Assembly: GCA_038889075.1 (NCBI GenBank)
Contig: JAWAHS010000013.1
Location: 1-21,163 of the forward strand
Length of the DNA: 21,163 bases
Reading direction: 5' to 3'
DNA from: Ignisphaera sp.
Lineage (GTDB): Archaea; Thermoproteota; Thermoprotei_A; Sulfolobales; Ignisphaeraceae
In this document: piece by piece, positions 8,638 through 16,799 of the stretch
Numbering within the stretch: the first letter of the stretch is position 1
Layout of the letters: the number at the start of each line of letters is the position of its first letter
The notes under the pieces: generated by a model
The model's input: the letters and a program-made list of their open reading frames with translations, nothing else
Told to the model about the DNA's origin: nothing
Database searches by the model: none
Position numbers and translations under genes: made by a program

Positions 8638-9996
8638 CTAGTATACATCGAGGAAGGTGCTCCTCTCCCAATCAGTAACCCTATAGTAGTATTGATCCCA
8701 CTGAAACTTCTTTAGCTTCACGTATTCGGAGACAAGGGTATCGCCCCAGAACTCCCTCATGAGGACACTCCGATCAAGCTCCTTAATAGCCTCCAGAAGA
8801 GTTTCCGGATACCTATACCAGCCTCTTTCCTCCCTATCTTTCTCTGGATAGCTTGCTGGATTATCTAGACACGGCTCCCCTGGATCCATCTTCTTCATAA
8901 CTCCATCTATACCAGCTGCTATAATGCTTCCAATAGCTAGATACGGATTAGCAGTTGCATCAACGAATTTCATCTCTAGTCTAACAGATTGCGCCTCTCT
9001 ACCCTTTGCAGGTCTAGCTATCCTTATTGCAGCCTCCCTATTTTCAGGGCCATAGCATGTAAACGCAGATGCCCATGCACTGGGTCTAAGTCTCTTATAG
9101 GAGTTTACAGAAGATGCTGTAAAGGCTATAATCTCTTTAAGATGTCCTAGAACCCCGCCTATGAAGTGGTAGGCCTCGTCACTTAGGAGATGTTTATCAC
9201 CCTCATCATAGAATATATTAACCCCATCCCTCCACATACTGATATGGATATGCAGCCCACTGCCCGGTAGATTCTCCGAGGGTTTGGGCATAAAGGAGGC
9301 ATAGAGGCTGTGCTTCCCTAGAACTCCCCTAAGGGTCTCCCTAAAGTATATAAAGTTATCCGCAGCCCTAATGGGTGCCTCAGGCTTCAGAGACAGTTCG
9401 TGCTGACCAGATCCATATTCTGGATAGTAGTGGTCTACATATATACCCTGGTACTCAAGCGCATTCACTATCTCACTTAATATAGGGTGAACGGCATTCA
9501 TACCCTCGGTAGAGAAGCAGAGGTGCCTTTCATACGGCTCTATCACCCCCCTAGGACTCTTCTTAAGTATATAGAATTCGGGTTCGATACCTATCTTGAA
9601 TTCATACCCCAGATTCTTTAAATATCCTCTTAGCTTAGGCCTCGGATCAACTTCGTGGGGTTTGTCCCCCACGTACTGCTCCACTATCATAGCTGCCGTA
9701 GCATCCACATAGGGAAGCACCTTAAATGTTGAGATATCGGGGATCAGTGTTACCTCTCCCCGTGGTCCATATATGGTTCCACTTACAGCGAGATCCGTTA
9801 TGCTAAACCCTGACTGCATGATCATAGCTAGCGTAAGTCCTCCTCGAAGATCTGTATCTATGTTTTTAGCTGTTGAAACCCTTCCTCTAATCACATTATC
9901 TAGATCTATGTACAGGTATCTGATGAACTTGATATTCTTCTCTCGAATAGTCTTTTCAATCAATTCCGGTGTTATTTTATCGAGGTTTAGACTCAT
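8638..9996 (-). CDS. Glutamine synthetase-like protein, probable gamma-glutamyl-amine/polyamine ligase
   Basis: GIEPEFY, EYGSGQHE, SFMPKP, GSGLHIHIS, NSYKRL, NREAAIRI, RLEMK and ANPYLA. It lacks the DGSS motif and has SAWAS where true GSI has GYEAP, so it is not called glnA. Confidence 0.9.
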   Translation of the reverse strand: MSLNLDKITPELIEKTIREKNIKFIRYLYIDLDNVIRGRVSTAKNIDTDLRGGLTLAMIMQSGFSITDLAVSGTIYGPRGEVTLIPDISTFKVLPYVDATAAMIVEQYVGDKPHEVDPRPKLRGYLKNLGYEFKIGIEPEFYILKKSPRGVIEPYERHLCFSTEGMNAVHPILSEIVNALEYQGIYVDHYYPEYGSGQHELSLKPEAPIRAADNFIYFRETLRGVLGKHSLYASFMPKPSENLPGSGLHIHISMWRDGVNIFYDEGDKHLLSDEAYHFIGGVLGHLKEIIAFTASSVNSYKRLRPSAWASAFTCYGPENREAAIRIARPAKGREAQSVRLEMKFVDATANPYLAIGSIIAAGIDGVMKKMDPGEPCLDNPASYPEKDREERGWYRYPETLLEAIKELDRSVLMREFWGDTLVSEYVKLKKFQWDQYYYRVTDWERSTFLDVY

Positions 9997-10014
9997 TGAA
10001 GAGCACCTAAAAAA

Positions 10015-11403
10015 TCATATCTTTCCATACTTGTCGGGAACAATGGATCGGGCTAAAATCCACAGTATCGATACCCATGCGATGCTGATTGCTCCAGTGA
10101 TAACTGCTATATCAATACCGTAGCTGGTTGTAAGGTCGTAGAACATTGCAAAGACCGTTATCGCTATACCTATGAAGCCTAGGATTGGTGTTGCTGGCCA
10201 TCCTGGTACCTTCCACGGTAGCTGCTTGACTATTTCGGGGTGGGTCTTTCTGAATTTAAATGCTGCTAATAGTGTTAGAAACCATGAGACTATCCATGCC
10301 CAAACCAGCTCGTATCCCAAGAGCATATAGCCTAGTGTATGCCCTACAAAGGTTCCCATCAGTATTAGGGTAACCGATACTATCAGCACCAGCACTATGT
10401 TGTATACAGGGGTTCCAAATCTCGGATGTACATATCCAAACCATTTGGGAACTCTATATCCTCTTTTAGCCAATCCATATAGATCTCTAGCAGGCTGGTA
10501 CATGGTTCCCATGAGTAGGCATGTAGAGGCTGCTAGCCATGCGGCAAACGCTATCACCATGCCTCCTACAGGGCCCCATAGCCTATAGGCAGAGGTTGCA
10601 TATACAGCCTCATAGAATTTGACGACCTCTTCATATGGTAGTGTTCCAACTAGGCCTATCAGAGCCCATGTATATATGATTACGAAGGTTAGAGAGGCCC
10701 AGAATAACACTCTCGCTATATCAACCGGCTTCCTAGCTTCTTCACCAGCGAATAGCACGGTTGAAGCTCCCATGAATGCGTATACAGCTGGTGGTATAGC
10801 TGCCACCACCCCTCCCCATCCATTCGGAAAGGGGTTGGTGAAATTCGCAGGGTTTATATAGAATGTTGCTGATATTGCATACCCAACCATTATCCCTATG
10901 AGAAGTACTGTAAGCATAAACTGTGTACCAGCAGCTATCGCTACACCCAGTATATTCAGTACAGCAAATAGTACTACAAAGATTAGTGCAAAGATTGTAA
11001 CCCACAGCATCTGATCACCTAGCTCCACACCAGCATATGAAAGCATGCTGTAGATATAGGTACCTAGAGCTAGACTCGTCGAACCTCCCGCAATAATCCA
11101 GCCAATGCTAAATGCTATGGATGCTATAAAGCCCAGCCTAGTACCGTAGAAGTGGGAGACCCAGGGCTCGGGACCACCTGCAGATGGTCTCCACACAACC
11201 AGCTCACCAAAGGATAGCATCAAAAACATCTGCGTAATACCTGCAATCAGATAGCTTATAATTACAGCCGCTCCTGCTGACACCATGGCATATCCTGTGA
11301 AAGTGAATATACCATCTCCTACAACAGCACCAACTGCAAGAGTGTAAAGCCAGGCAAATCCGAGCACCCGTTTGAGCCCGGCTACAGTTTCTCCACTACC
11401 CAT
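10015..11403 (-). CDS. APC-superfamily amino acid/polyamine permease
   Basis: LKRVLG, VGAVVGDGIF, FGEL...PSAGG, YAFMG...AGEEARKP, FGYVHPRFGTP and about 12 hydrophobic segments. The start is probably ATG 11403 or 11412 (GGTGGGG RBS), not 11457. Confidence 0.92.
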   Translation of the reverse strand: MGSGETVAGLKRVLGFAWLYTLAVGAVVGDGIFTFTGYAMVSAGAAVIISYLIAGITQMFLMLSFGELVVWRPSAGGPEPWVSHFYGTRLGFIASIAFSIGWIIAGGSTSLALGTYIYSMLSYAGVELGDQMLWVTIFALIFVVLFAVLNILGVAIAAGTQFMLTVLLIGIMVGYAISATFYINPANFTNPFPNGWGGVVAAIPPAVYAFMGASTVLFAGEEARKPVDIARVLFWASLTFVIIYTWALIGLVGTLPYEEVVKFYEAVYATSAYRLWGPVGGMVIAFAAWLAASTCLLMGTMYQPARDLYGLAKRGYRVPKWFGYVHPRFGTPVYNIVLVLIVSVTLILMGTFVGHTLGYMLLGYELVWAWIVSWFLTLLAAFKFRKTHPEIVKQLPWKVPGWPATPILGFIGIAITVFAMFYDLTTSYGIDIAVITGAISIAWVSILWILARSIVPDKYGKI

Positions 11404-11459
11404 CTCTACCATCCCCACCACACAGGCATTGTATGGAGAACATCTATGTCGGCACATGC

Positions 11460-11517
11460 TTATTAAACTTTAGTACCACATGTAATACTCTGCATAGTAT
11501 GCTGTTACATTTGTAAC
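11460..11517 (-). promoter_or_regulatory. TATA box and upstream inverted repeat of the permease/GS-like/amidohydrolase operon
   Basis: The minus strand reads AAAG-TTTAATAA (TATA at 11467-11460). A GTTACA-tt-TGTAAC inverted repeat is at 11504-11517. Confidence 0.5.
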
Positions 11518-12270
11518 CATCCCATAGCTAGATACCGTAGTCAAAATTACCGACAGTATAGTAGCATATAGATCGAGATAGCCGGAAATACTATGCAGCA
11601 ACCCTATCTATTAATTGCGGTAAAAGTCTGCCTATCTCCTCCAGCTCCATCTTCTCATGGTTCTAGCCTTCCCTTCGATCTCAGGAAGAGTTTGATTCAA
11701 GATCGGTGTTCTTCTACAGTAGCTCTATCCAACCTATACCATTCAGTTTCGCTAGCTATGGAAAATGGTATCGCAATAGAGATCCCAAAATAGTGGCACC
11801 GCTTCTAAAGCAAAAATCAGAAAAACTAAGCTATACAGAGATTATAGACTACTGACTAGGGCTATCGATGAACAGCCTTAGTAAAGGGTCTTCCACCTAG
11901 ATCCATACCCTCTGAAACACACTTTGGATGCTATACAGCTTTATGGTTGATACCGGCATCGCTATAGGTATACCTGTTTCTAATAGCTATATCTATGAAT
12001 AGATTTTTGAATTCTGTTCTACTACGGCATTGTTTCTCTAAGGTTCGGTCTACACCTATGTAGCAAAGCCATTGGAAGTATTGCACTAGCTGCATTGAAG
12101 ATTGCTGAAGATTCGATACCTAGGGAAATGGTTAATGTCTTCTTAAGTATCTTTGATACCTTCTCTTCTATGCTGCTATAAGATTCTAAACCCTGGTGGT
12201 TCCAAGGTTTGATAGATCTCTCTGCTCGGTACTTGAAATACATTGTGTATATATGGTATTGGTCTGTATT

Positions 12271-13311
12271 CTAGCTTCTTCCCTCTCTCCAGAGTCTCCA
12301 TGCTTTTGCAAGCTCGTCCTCTACATAGACCTCCTTTATTTTTTCGATGCTACCATTTTTTCTATAGATTGTAGCTAGGCTATCGGTTTTTTCACCGACA
12401 TAGCCTATTGCGGTAGCTTCTACACCTATGCTGTGGAGTGTTTTCAGTGCTTCTTCAACTCTGTCTTGGGGTATCGTAGCTATCAGCGTGCCTGAGCTGA
12501 TGAGTTTGAGTGGGTCTAGCCCTAGTGTACCTGTTATTGCAGCGGTTTCCTCAGCTAATAGGATGTTCTCCTCCCAGATGTATATGGTTTTATTGGAGGC
12601 GTAGGCTATCTCTACCAATCCACCGAGTAGACCTCCTTCTGTAGGGTCGTGCATTGAGGTAGCCAGCCCTGCTTCTGCTAATGCCAACGCCTCTTTAACA
12701 ACACTCACCTTCTCAATAAACCTCTCACCACGTTTGATGATCTCTTCGGAAACGCCTAGCTTTAGTAGCACATTCTTGAAATCCGTTGAGAGGATTGCTG
12801 TACCTTCAATAGCAGCAGACTTGGTCATCACCACCGCATCGCCAACCCTGGCACCGCCTGTTGTTACATATCTACCCCTCTGAGCCACCCCTATGGCCGT
12901 CATGGATATGAGTGGTCTTGCAATACCTGGTGTGTACTCGGTATGGCCACCTACAACCATAGCCCCCACCTCCCTCGCTGCCATATCTATCTGGCTCGTT
13001 ATCCTATCTATAAGCTCCTCTGTAGCGTTTTCAGGTAGGTAGAGCACTGAGAGAAGCCAGCGGGGCCTAACCCCCCTTACAGCTATATCGTTAGAAGCTA
13101 TATGCACAGCCAGCCAACCGAGAAACTCAACAGCACCAGTAATAGGATCCACATGTATAACTAGAACCCTCCCACCACCGATATCTATTATAGCTGCATC
13201 CTCACCTATAGAAGGACCGACAATGACTGATGGATCTGGAATACCAACCCTACTTAAAACATATTTAGAGAGTAGATTTGGGGGAAGCTTACCAGCCATA
13301 TCCAACCCCAT
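12271..13311 (-). CDS. AIR synthase-related protein (PurM/HypE/ThiL superfamily)
   Basis: GKLPP, GPSIGEDAA, DPITGA, ASNDIAVRG, VVGGHTE, SMHDPTEGGL and DPLKLISSGTL. GAGGAGGT RBS; start at 13311 or 13299. Confidence 0.9.
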   Translation of the reverse strand: MGLDMAGKLPPNLLSKYVLSRVGIPDPSVIVGPSIGEDAAIIDIGGGRVLVIHVDPITGAVEFLGWLAVHIASNDIAVRGVRPRWLLSVLYLPENATEELIDRITSQIDMAAREVGAMVVGGHTEYTPGIARPLISMTAIGVAQRGRYVTTGGARVGDAVVMTKSAAIEGTAILSTDFKNVLLKLGVSEEIIKRGERFIEKVSVVKEALALAEAGLATSMHDPTEGGLLGGLVEIAYASNKTIYIWEENILLAEETAAITGTLGLDPLKLISSGTLIATIPQDRVEEALKTLHSIGVEATAIGYVGEKTDSLATIYRKNGSIEKIKEVYVEDELAKAWRLWREGRS

Positions 13312-13858
13312 ACCATAGCATTACCTCCTCAGATATAGACAACGGACACCACATCACTAATCCGCATACTTCTCGCTACAAGTCCCATCCTTATAAGCTT
13401 TTAAAACAGAAGTGCACATCCAGAAAGATGTAGATAAAAGCTTATGGAATTGCTATGGCTACATATACAAAAATGAGGCAGTGGTAGGTTTAGCTCAATA
13501 TCATCCTAAAGGATGTCAAAGGTCATGCTGTACTCTCTACTATGGCGGGATTTCACCACCAATCGTTTTCGATACCCACTGGATACAGCGGAGCTACGAA
13601 CCGATAAACCGTCCGAGGAAGAATATCTATTCCTTTGGATAGAGAGAAGGTCTGGTCATCTAAAACCTCCGATTTACTGTACATAGGTTGGATATTTGCT
13701 TCTCCATGCTGTGTATACAGGATGAGATACGCTCCTTCTTACTGATGGCCAGATATCTACTATGCCGATCTGAACCAGCAGCTCTAAATAGGTATAGAGT
13801 GTGGTATCTACACGAGATTCTAAAAGCTCTCTACGAGGTATGTGTAGTGGATAGGTTG

Positions 13859-14320
13859 ATGCATGAAAAGTGTGGCTACGAATATGTATTCCATATATAC
13901 TCCTGTAATACATATAGAGATGGATTCGGAACCGCTATAGAAAGTTCATCAAGGCATATCCTCCTAGCTGATGTGCCTAGAGATTACGGAGGTGGGAATG
14001 CCGGTCCCAAACCCTATAGAATTGCTACTGCATCACTGGTAAGTTGCTTCACCATCTCTCTACGTATATACTTGCAGAAATACGGTGTTCGCATAGATAG
14101 AGTTGAGGTTTTGCTGAAGGATCTTTCGATATACAGGTGTTTCTAGGGATGGAGGGTTTTGAGAAAGGTTTAAAGAATATAGCCATGTATGTTGATGTAG
14201 AGAGCGGCGAGCGTTGTGCTAATGTATACAGTGTTGTTAAGGAGGTGTTGGATAAGTAGATAGTAGGTTTGACGATTAGGAAAACCGGTATTCTCGACGT
14301 AGAGACGAAGGTTAGGTGTC
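13859..14320 (+). pseudogene. OsmC/Ohr/YhfA-family protein, disrupted
   Basis: ADVPRDYGGGNAGP...ASLVSC in the main frame, with PNPIELLL in the +1 frame. After a 1-base loss in the T-run near 14109-14112 it continues AEGSFDIQVFLGMEGFEKGLKNIAMYVDVES...KEVLDK*IVGLTIR (TAG at 14257-14259). Ends are approximate. Confidence 0.75.
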
Positions 14321-14878
14321 TAGACTGGATGATACAACCTTACCGGCTCTTAATACTAGGTGGTGTTTAGAGAGTTTCGTCAAAGCCTTCCTAAGCTTTT
14401 CAAGACCTTTAATATAGTCGCCGGGCTTTAGCTCCCTGTATGCCTCGCCATAGTTTTCGGGACACGTGGTTAAAACTATACTACCTGTAGACCATTCCAA
14501 CGGGAGGCGATGGTCTCTGGCTATATTGAATAGCTCTACCAATGTCTCCTCATCTATAAGCCACATCTCCTCAACTACCGAATAGACCTTAATTACACAT
14601 GCCGCACACCTATCCTCAAAATATCTATATACCTCTAGACACACATCTTTTAAAACATCATCGACATCTATAATGCTCGGCTCTTCAGAAGGGCAAAACC
14701 CGACCTCGGGTACTATATCATTTAATCCCAGCTTAATATCCGTAAACAAAGATACACATTCCTGTGCAATCACCATATACCTACCCTTAAGCTTTGCATA
14801 TCCACGTCGCAGCAATGCATATATAAGTGAGATAGGTATAGAAAGCCTACCACCAGAGTCTACGATTTTAATCTCCAT
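14312..14878 (-). CDS. Hypothetical protein (188 aa, several Cys including CAAC)
   Basis: Intact ORF with host-like codon use, an ATG start and an upstream TTAAATA TATA-like element; no recognised motif. Confidence 0.7.
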   Translation of the reverse strand: MEIKIVDSGGRLSIPISLIYALLRRGYAKLKGRYMVIAQECVSLFTDIKLGLNDIVPEVGFCPSEEPSIIDVDDVLKDVCLEVYRYFEDRCAACVIKVYSVVEEMWLIDEETLVELFNIARDHRLPLEWSTGSIVLTTCPENYGEAYRELKPGDYIKGLEKLRKALTKLSKHHLVLRAGKVVSSSLDT

Positions 14879-14995
14879 ACTCCAACACTATCCATATCAA
14901 ATACTGGAGTAATACCACTATTTAAGCTCTAGATCAACATATTCAAAATACGTCCCACCGTTCTGACCAATATTAACAATATAATAGAGTGGTAT

Positions 14996-15043
14996 TGGTG
15001 CAGCGGCCAGGATTCGAACCCGAAATCTCCGGCTTTGGGAGGC
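14996..15043 (-). repeat. att site: degenerate direct repeat of the 3' part of tRNA-Gly(CCC)
   Basis: tggtgcagcggccaggattcgaacccgaaatctccggctttgggaggc aligns to 17104-17150 with 4 substitutions and 1 inserted base. Confidence 0.93.
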
Positions 15044-15120
15044 TTGTTCATATCTATGCTGATTTGCACGTCTGAAGCTTATCACATGCGACATCTAGTT
15101 GCAGATGTGTTTGTTTTGAG

Positions 15121-15779
15121 TCAAAGATTCTCTGATAATATTTCTCTCAGTTTCTCGAGGTACAGAGGATAGGTTCATCTGCTTCTGTTAGGTAGGTCTT
15201 CGTATCTTGCTTCTGAGATCCTTAGTTCTCCGAATCTGTTCTGTATGAATCTTGCTACTTCTCTTGGCATAGCCTGTACCATTATCCTCCAGGAAACTTT
15301 CCTAAGCATCTTTGGTAGGGTTAGATTGCGTCTCTTAGCGTACCTGGCAACAGTTCTCCTATCGATATCTATTGGTTCTGCTGCTTTCTCAGTAGTTCTG
15401 CTGTTTCCCTGTATATGTATATCCATTCGCAGGGCTTCTGATGGCCTTTCAGCCCTAGGTAGTATCTATAGAATCTATTGAAGTAGACCAGCCTCTTTGT
15501 CTCTAGGTCTATAGACTCTATAACAACTACTTCATCGGGTCTCCATGTTCTGATCATATCTCCGGTACGCGTTCGAACCTTGTGCCAGATTCTAACATTA
15601 TTCTGTATACTGTATAGTATGTTCTGTGGTTCTCCTTTAGAAAGCCTACGATCTTCCTAACATCTTCCAAGGGATCTGGTAGGGTCTAACATCCAATTTG
15701 TAGGCTCTGCTTGCTACAGCCTCCATTATCGAGCCAAACGTTTCCGGAGAGATCTTTCTTTTGTGATCAGATACCTCGC
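15121..15779 (-). pseudogene. Tyrosine recombinase/integrase, C-terminal catalytic domain, multiply frameshifted
   Basis: Stitched translation: ARYL/HKRKISPETFGSIMEAVASRAYKLDVRPYQI/LEDVRKIVGFLKENHRTYYTVYRIMLESGTRFE/MIRTWRP...YYLGLKGHQKPCEWIY.../IDRRTVARYAKRRNLTLPKMLRKVSWRIM...ARFIQNRFGELRISEARYEDL/LTEADE/YPLYLEKLREILSENL*. This gives the R...K...KxxR...R...Y catalytic set. Confidence 0.85.
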
Positions 15780-15794
15780 CAGAGCCTCTAGGTT

Positions 15795-15898
15795 CATATT
15801 ATCACCTTAACCCTTGGTTTCCTCTTCTTCGCCTCGGGGGCTCTGGAGCTCCAGAGCTCCCTTCTCAGTAGTTCCCTCAAGGCTATTTCATAACTCAA
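15795..15898 (-). pseudogene. C-terminal fragment of a small basic protein, possibly ribbon-helix-helix (CopG-like)
   Basis: Reads LSYEIALRELLRRELWSSRAPEAKKRKPRVKVII*. Its stop overlaps (ATGA) a GGTGA-preceded start, MNLEAL, that runs into the integrase remnant. Confidence 0.35.
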
Positions 15899-15928
15899 CC
15901 TTAGATCGAGTACTATGGTGTAGCAAGG

Positions 15929-15936
15929 TTTATATA
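15929..15936 (+). promoter_or_regulatory. TATA box of the cargo gene pair
   Basis: CAAGG-TTTATATA lies about 36 bp before ATG 15973, with a GAGGCGA RBS. Confidence 0.55.
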
Positions 15937-15972
15937 TGAGTACTGCATCTATTTCATGAGGCGATAGTACAT

Positions 15973-16320
15973 ATGAAGGGTTTAATCGTTTGTGTTTGTC
16001 AAGGCACGTGTCCGTCGTTTCATAAGATGAATGTGTTTGAAGTAGTTAACCATTTCAGAAGGAATAAGAAAGTTGACTTCGTAGTGATTCACCCGCAACT
16101 CTGCGCAACCGACGGCGATAACTTCTGGAGGGCGTTGTTGAGTGGTAAATGGGATGGAGGGATTGTGGTGGCTGGCTGCGATCCAACAATGCAGCGGAAG
16201 ATGTTTGGATGGGTTTTCCGAGAGTTGGGTTTCGATGAGTCTAAGTTTAGAGGTGTTGAAATAAGGAATATGAGTACTGAGGAAGCCATCAAGGCTATTG
16301 AGGAGGCTCTGAGTGCGTGA
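15973..16320 (+). CDS. Stand-alone protein resembling the N-terminal domain of heterodisulfide reductase subunit A
   Basis: LIVCVCQGTC, HPQLCATDG, IVVAGCDP, ELGFD and VEIRN parallel the HdrA N-terminal pattern (CxC...C..G...VVAACxP...NIRE). No FAD domain. Confidence 0.75.
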   Translation: MKGLIVCVCQGTCPSFHKMNVFEVVNHFRRNKKVDFVVIHPQLCATDGDNFWRALLSGKWDGGIVVAGCDPTMQRKMFGWVFRELGFDESKFRGVEIRNMSTEEAIKAIEEALSA

Positions 16321-16538
16321 GGTGTTTAGGTTTGACTAGGAACTGGTATCCAGTAATAGACTACGAGAAGTGCAGTGGGTGCCTAACATGCTATAACTTC
16401 TGCCCGCACGGGGTGTACGGCCTAGGCGCTGACGGGAAGCCGGTGGTGGTTAAACCGGATAACTGCATTGAGCTGTGCAGGGGTTGCCAGAAAATCTGCC
16501 CCTCATCAGCGATCAAGTATTATGGAGACGAGCAGTAA
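16317..16538 (+). CDS. 2x[4Fe-4S] ferredoxin
   Basis: WYPVIDYEK-CSGCLTCYNFCP and CIELCRGCQKICP. The start may be TTG 16332 (GAGGTG RBS). Confidence 0.92.
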   Translation: MRCLGLTRNWYPVIDYEKCSGCLTCYNFCPHGVYGLGADGKPVVVKPDNCIELCRGCQKICPSSAIKYYGDEQ

Positions 16539-16628
16539 GGAATTCCAACCCTTTAATTCTTTCGTAGCCTCTTTAAGCCTGGTTAGGTGTGGTAGGTGGA
16601 TAGATATCCCTCAGATTGCCGAATACGT

Positions 16629-16750
16629 TCAGGGAGCTCCTTCCTGGATGTAGTGTAGAGCTCTCCCGAGCATGAACCCTGCCTTAAATCCACTGCCTTT
16701 CCTAAGATGATATAGGGATAGGTTGAAGTAGTACTCTATGAGGGTTTTAG
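16629..16750 (-). pseudogene. Fragment resembling zinc-dependent phospholipase C/P1 nuclease family
   Basis: LIEYYFNLSLYHLRKGSGFKAGFMLGRALHYIQE resembles the LG-x-ALHYxxD zinc-ligand helix; it is fused in frame behind the integrase N-terminus. Confidence 0.45.
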
Positions 16751-16799
16751 AGGGCTGTGGTGCTTTGCATAACCAGTATAAACTCTGACACAGCCTCTC

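Noticed and set aside
8638-9996. Calling the GS-like gene glnA
   Set aside because: Ammonium-site motifs are altered and the gene context points to amine glutamylation.
11593-12243. Short ORFs of 66, 73 and 60 aa
   Set aside because: Probably decayed coding sequence, but no family could be recognised in any stitched frame.
13328-13377. Possible C/D box sRNA on the minus strand in the AIR-synthase leader (GTGATGT...CTGA)
   Set aside because: No convincing C box at the right distance and no rRNA/tRNA target identifiable by eye; snoscan or small-RNA data would be needed.
13412-13858. 76-aa ORF, 79-aa antisense ORF and the N-terminal 57 codons of the 152-aa ORF
   Set aside because: Atypical composition and no recognisable family; OsmC similarity only begins after ~13859.
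14996-15043. Second or split tRNA gene
   Set aside because: Only the 3' part is present, with stem-breaking substitutions and no complementary leader for trans-splicing; an att site explains it.
15091-15108. ACATCT-N6-AGATGT inverted repeat near the att copy
   Set aside because: 6-bp arms with no counterpart seen at the tRNA end; could be chance.
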